Source: Leucoraja ocellata
Taxonomy: Eukaryota
Assembly: GCA_036785375.1 (NCBI GenBank)
Contig: JAWMAR010000085.1
Coordinates: 496,001-560,000 of the forward strand
Length of the DNA stretch: 64,000 bases
Direction: 5' to 3'
In this document: in pieces, positions 63,658 to 64,000 of the stretch
How the letters are laid out: each line of letters begins with the position of its first letter
Position numbering within the stretch: the stretch's first letter is position 1
The notes under the pieces: model-generated
The model's database searches: none
Seen by the model: only the letters and a program-made list of their open reading frames with translations
Told to the model about the DNA's origin: nothing
Made by a program: the position numbers and the translations under genes

Positions 63658-64000
63658 ATGGGAGGCAGGAAGCAGAAAATGGAAGCACTCGGACACGAGG
63701 AGAAAGAAAAAAAAGGAAATAAACAGAGAATAAGAGGCGGGGGGTTTCTTAAATGTGCATATTTTAATGCTAGGAGCATTGTAAGAAAGGTGGATGAGCT
63801 TAGAGTCTGGATAGACACCTGGAAGTATGATCTTGAGGCGATCAGTGAAACATGGTTGCAGGAGGGCTGTGATTGGAAACTAAATATTCCAGGATTTCGT
63901 TGCTTCAGGTGTGATAGAATTGTAGGGGCAAGAGGTGGAGGTGTTGCATTGCTAGTCAGGGAAGATATTACAGCAGTGATTTGGCAGGATAGATTGGAGG
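63658..64000 (+). CDS. CR1 ORF2p N-terminal APE-type endonuclease (runs off the window)
   Basis: Open frame from ATG 63658: LKCAYFNARSIVRKVDEL...YDLEAISETWL...IPGFRCFRCDR...RGGGVALLVRE. Confidence 0.88.
   Translation, partial: MGGRKQKMEALGHEEKEKKGNKQRIRGGGFLKCAYFNARSIVRKVDELRVWIDTWKYDLEAISETWLQEGCDWKLNIPGFRCFRCDRIVGARGGGVALLVREDITAVIWQDRLE

Larger units (their letters stand above)
62456..64000 (+). mobile_element. CR1 LINE with 5' region (5' UTR repeats, ORF1, start of ORF2) inserted into BEL gag
   Basis: Tandem AAAGGTACAGTG repeats at 62456-62580, then ORF1 and ORF2. Confidence 0.9.

Overview
Eukaryotic vertebrate DNA, most likely a cartilaginous fish (skate or ray; inferred from the HE1/V-SINE-type tRNA-derived SINE and the accompanying LINE set). 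I cannot support any host protein-coding gene; nearly all ORFs in the track are transposon remnants or spurious. The window is a transposon mosaic: about 20 V-SINE copies, CR1, Rex1/Babar and fish-type L1 LINE fragments, a HERO-like RLE fragment, many Penelope (GIY-YIG) fragments whose tails carry minimal hammerhead-ribozyme motifs, a 2.4-kb non-autonomous Helitron, a TIR MITE, three putative solo LTRs, and an internally deleted BEL/Pao LTR element cut by a CR1. AT-rich unique blocks between these resemble vertebrate conserved non-coding elements. The most unusual observation is a full-length tRNA-Asp(GTC) copy with a genomically encoded CCA end, lying in sense between the BEL integrase C-terminus and the PPT/3' LTR. 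All calls were made by eye, and repeat boundaries are approximate unless terminal motifs are quoted.
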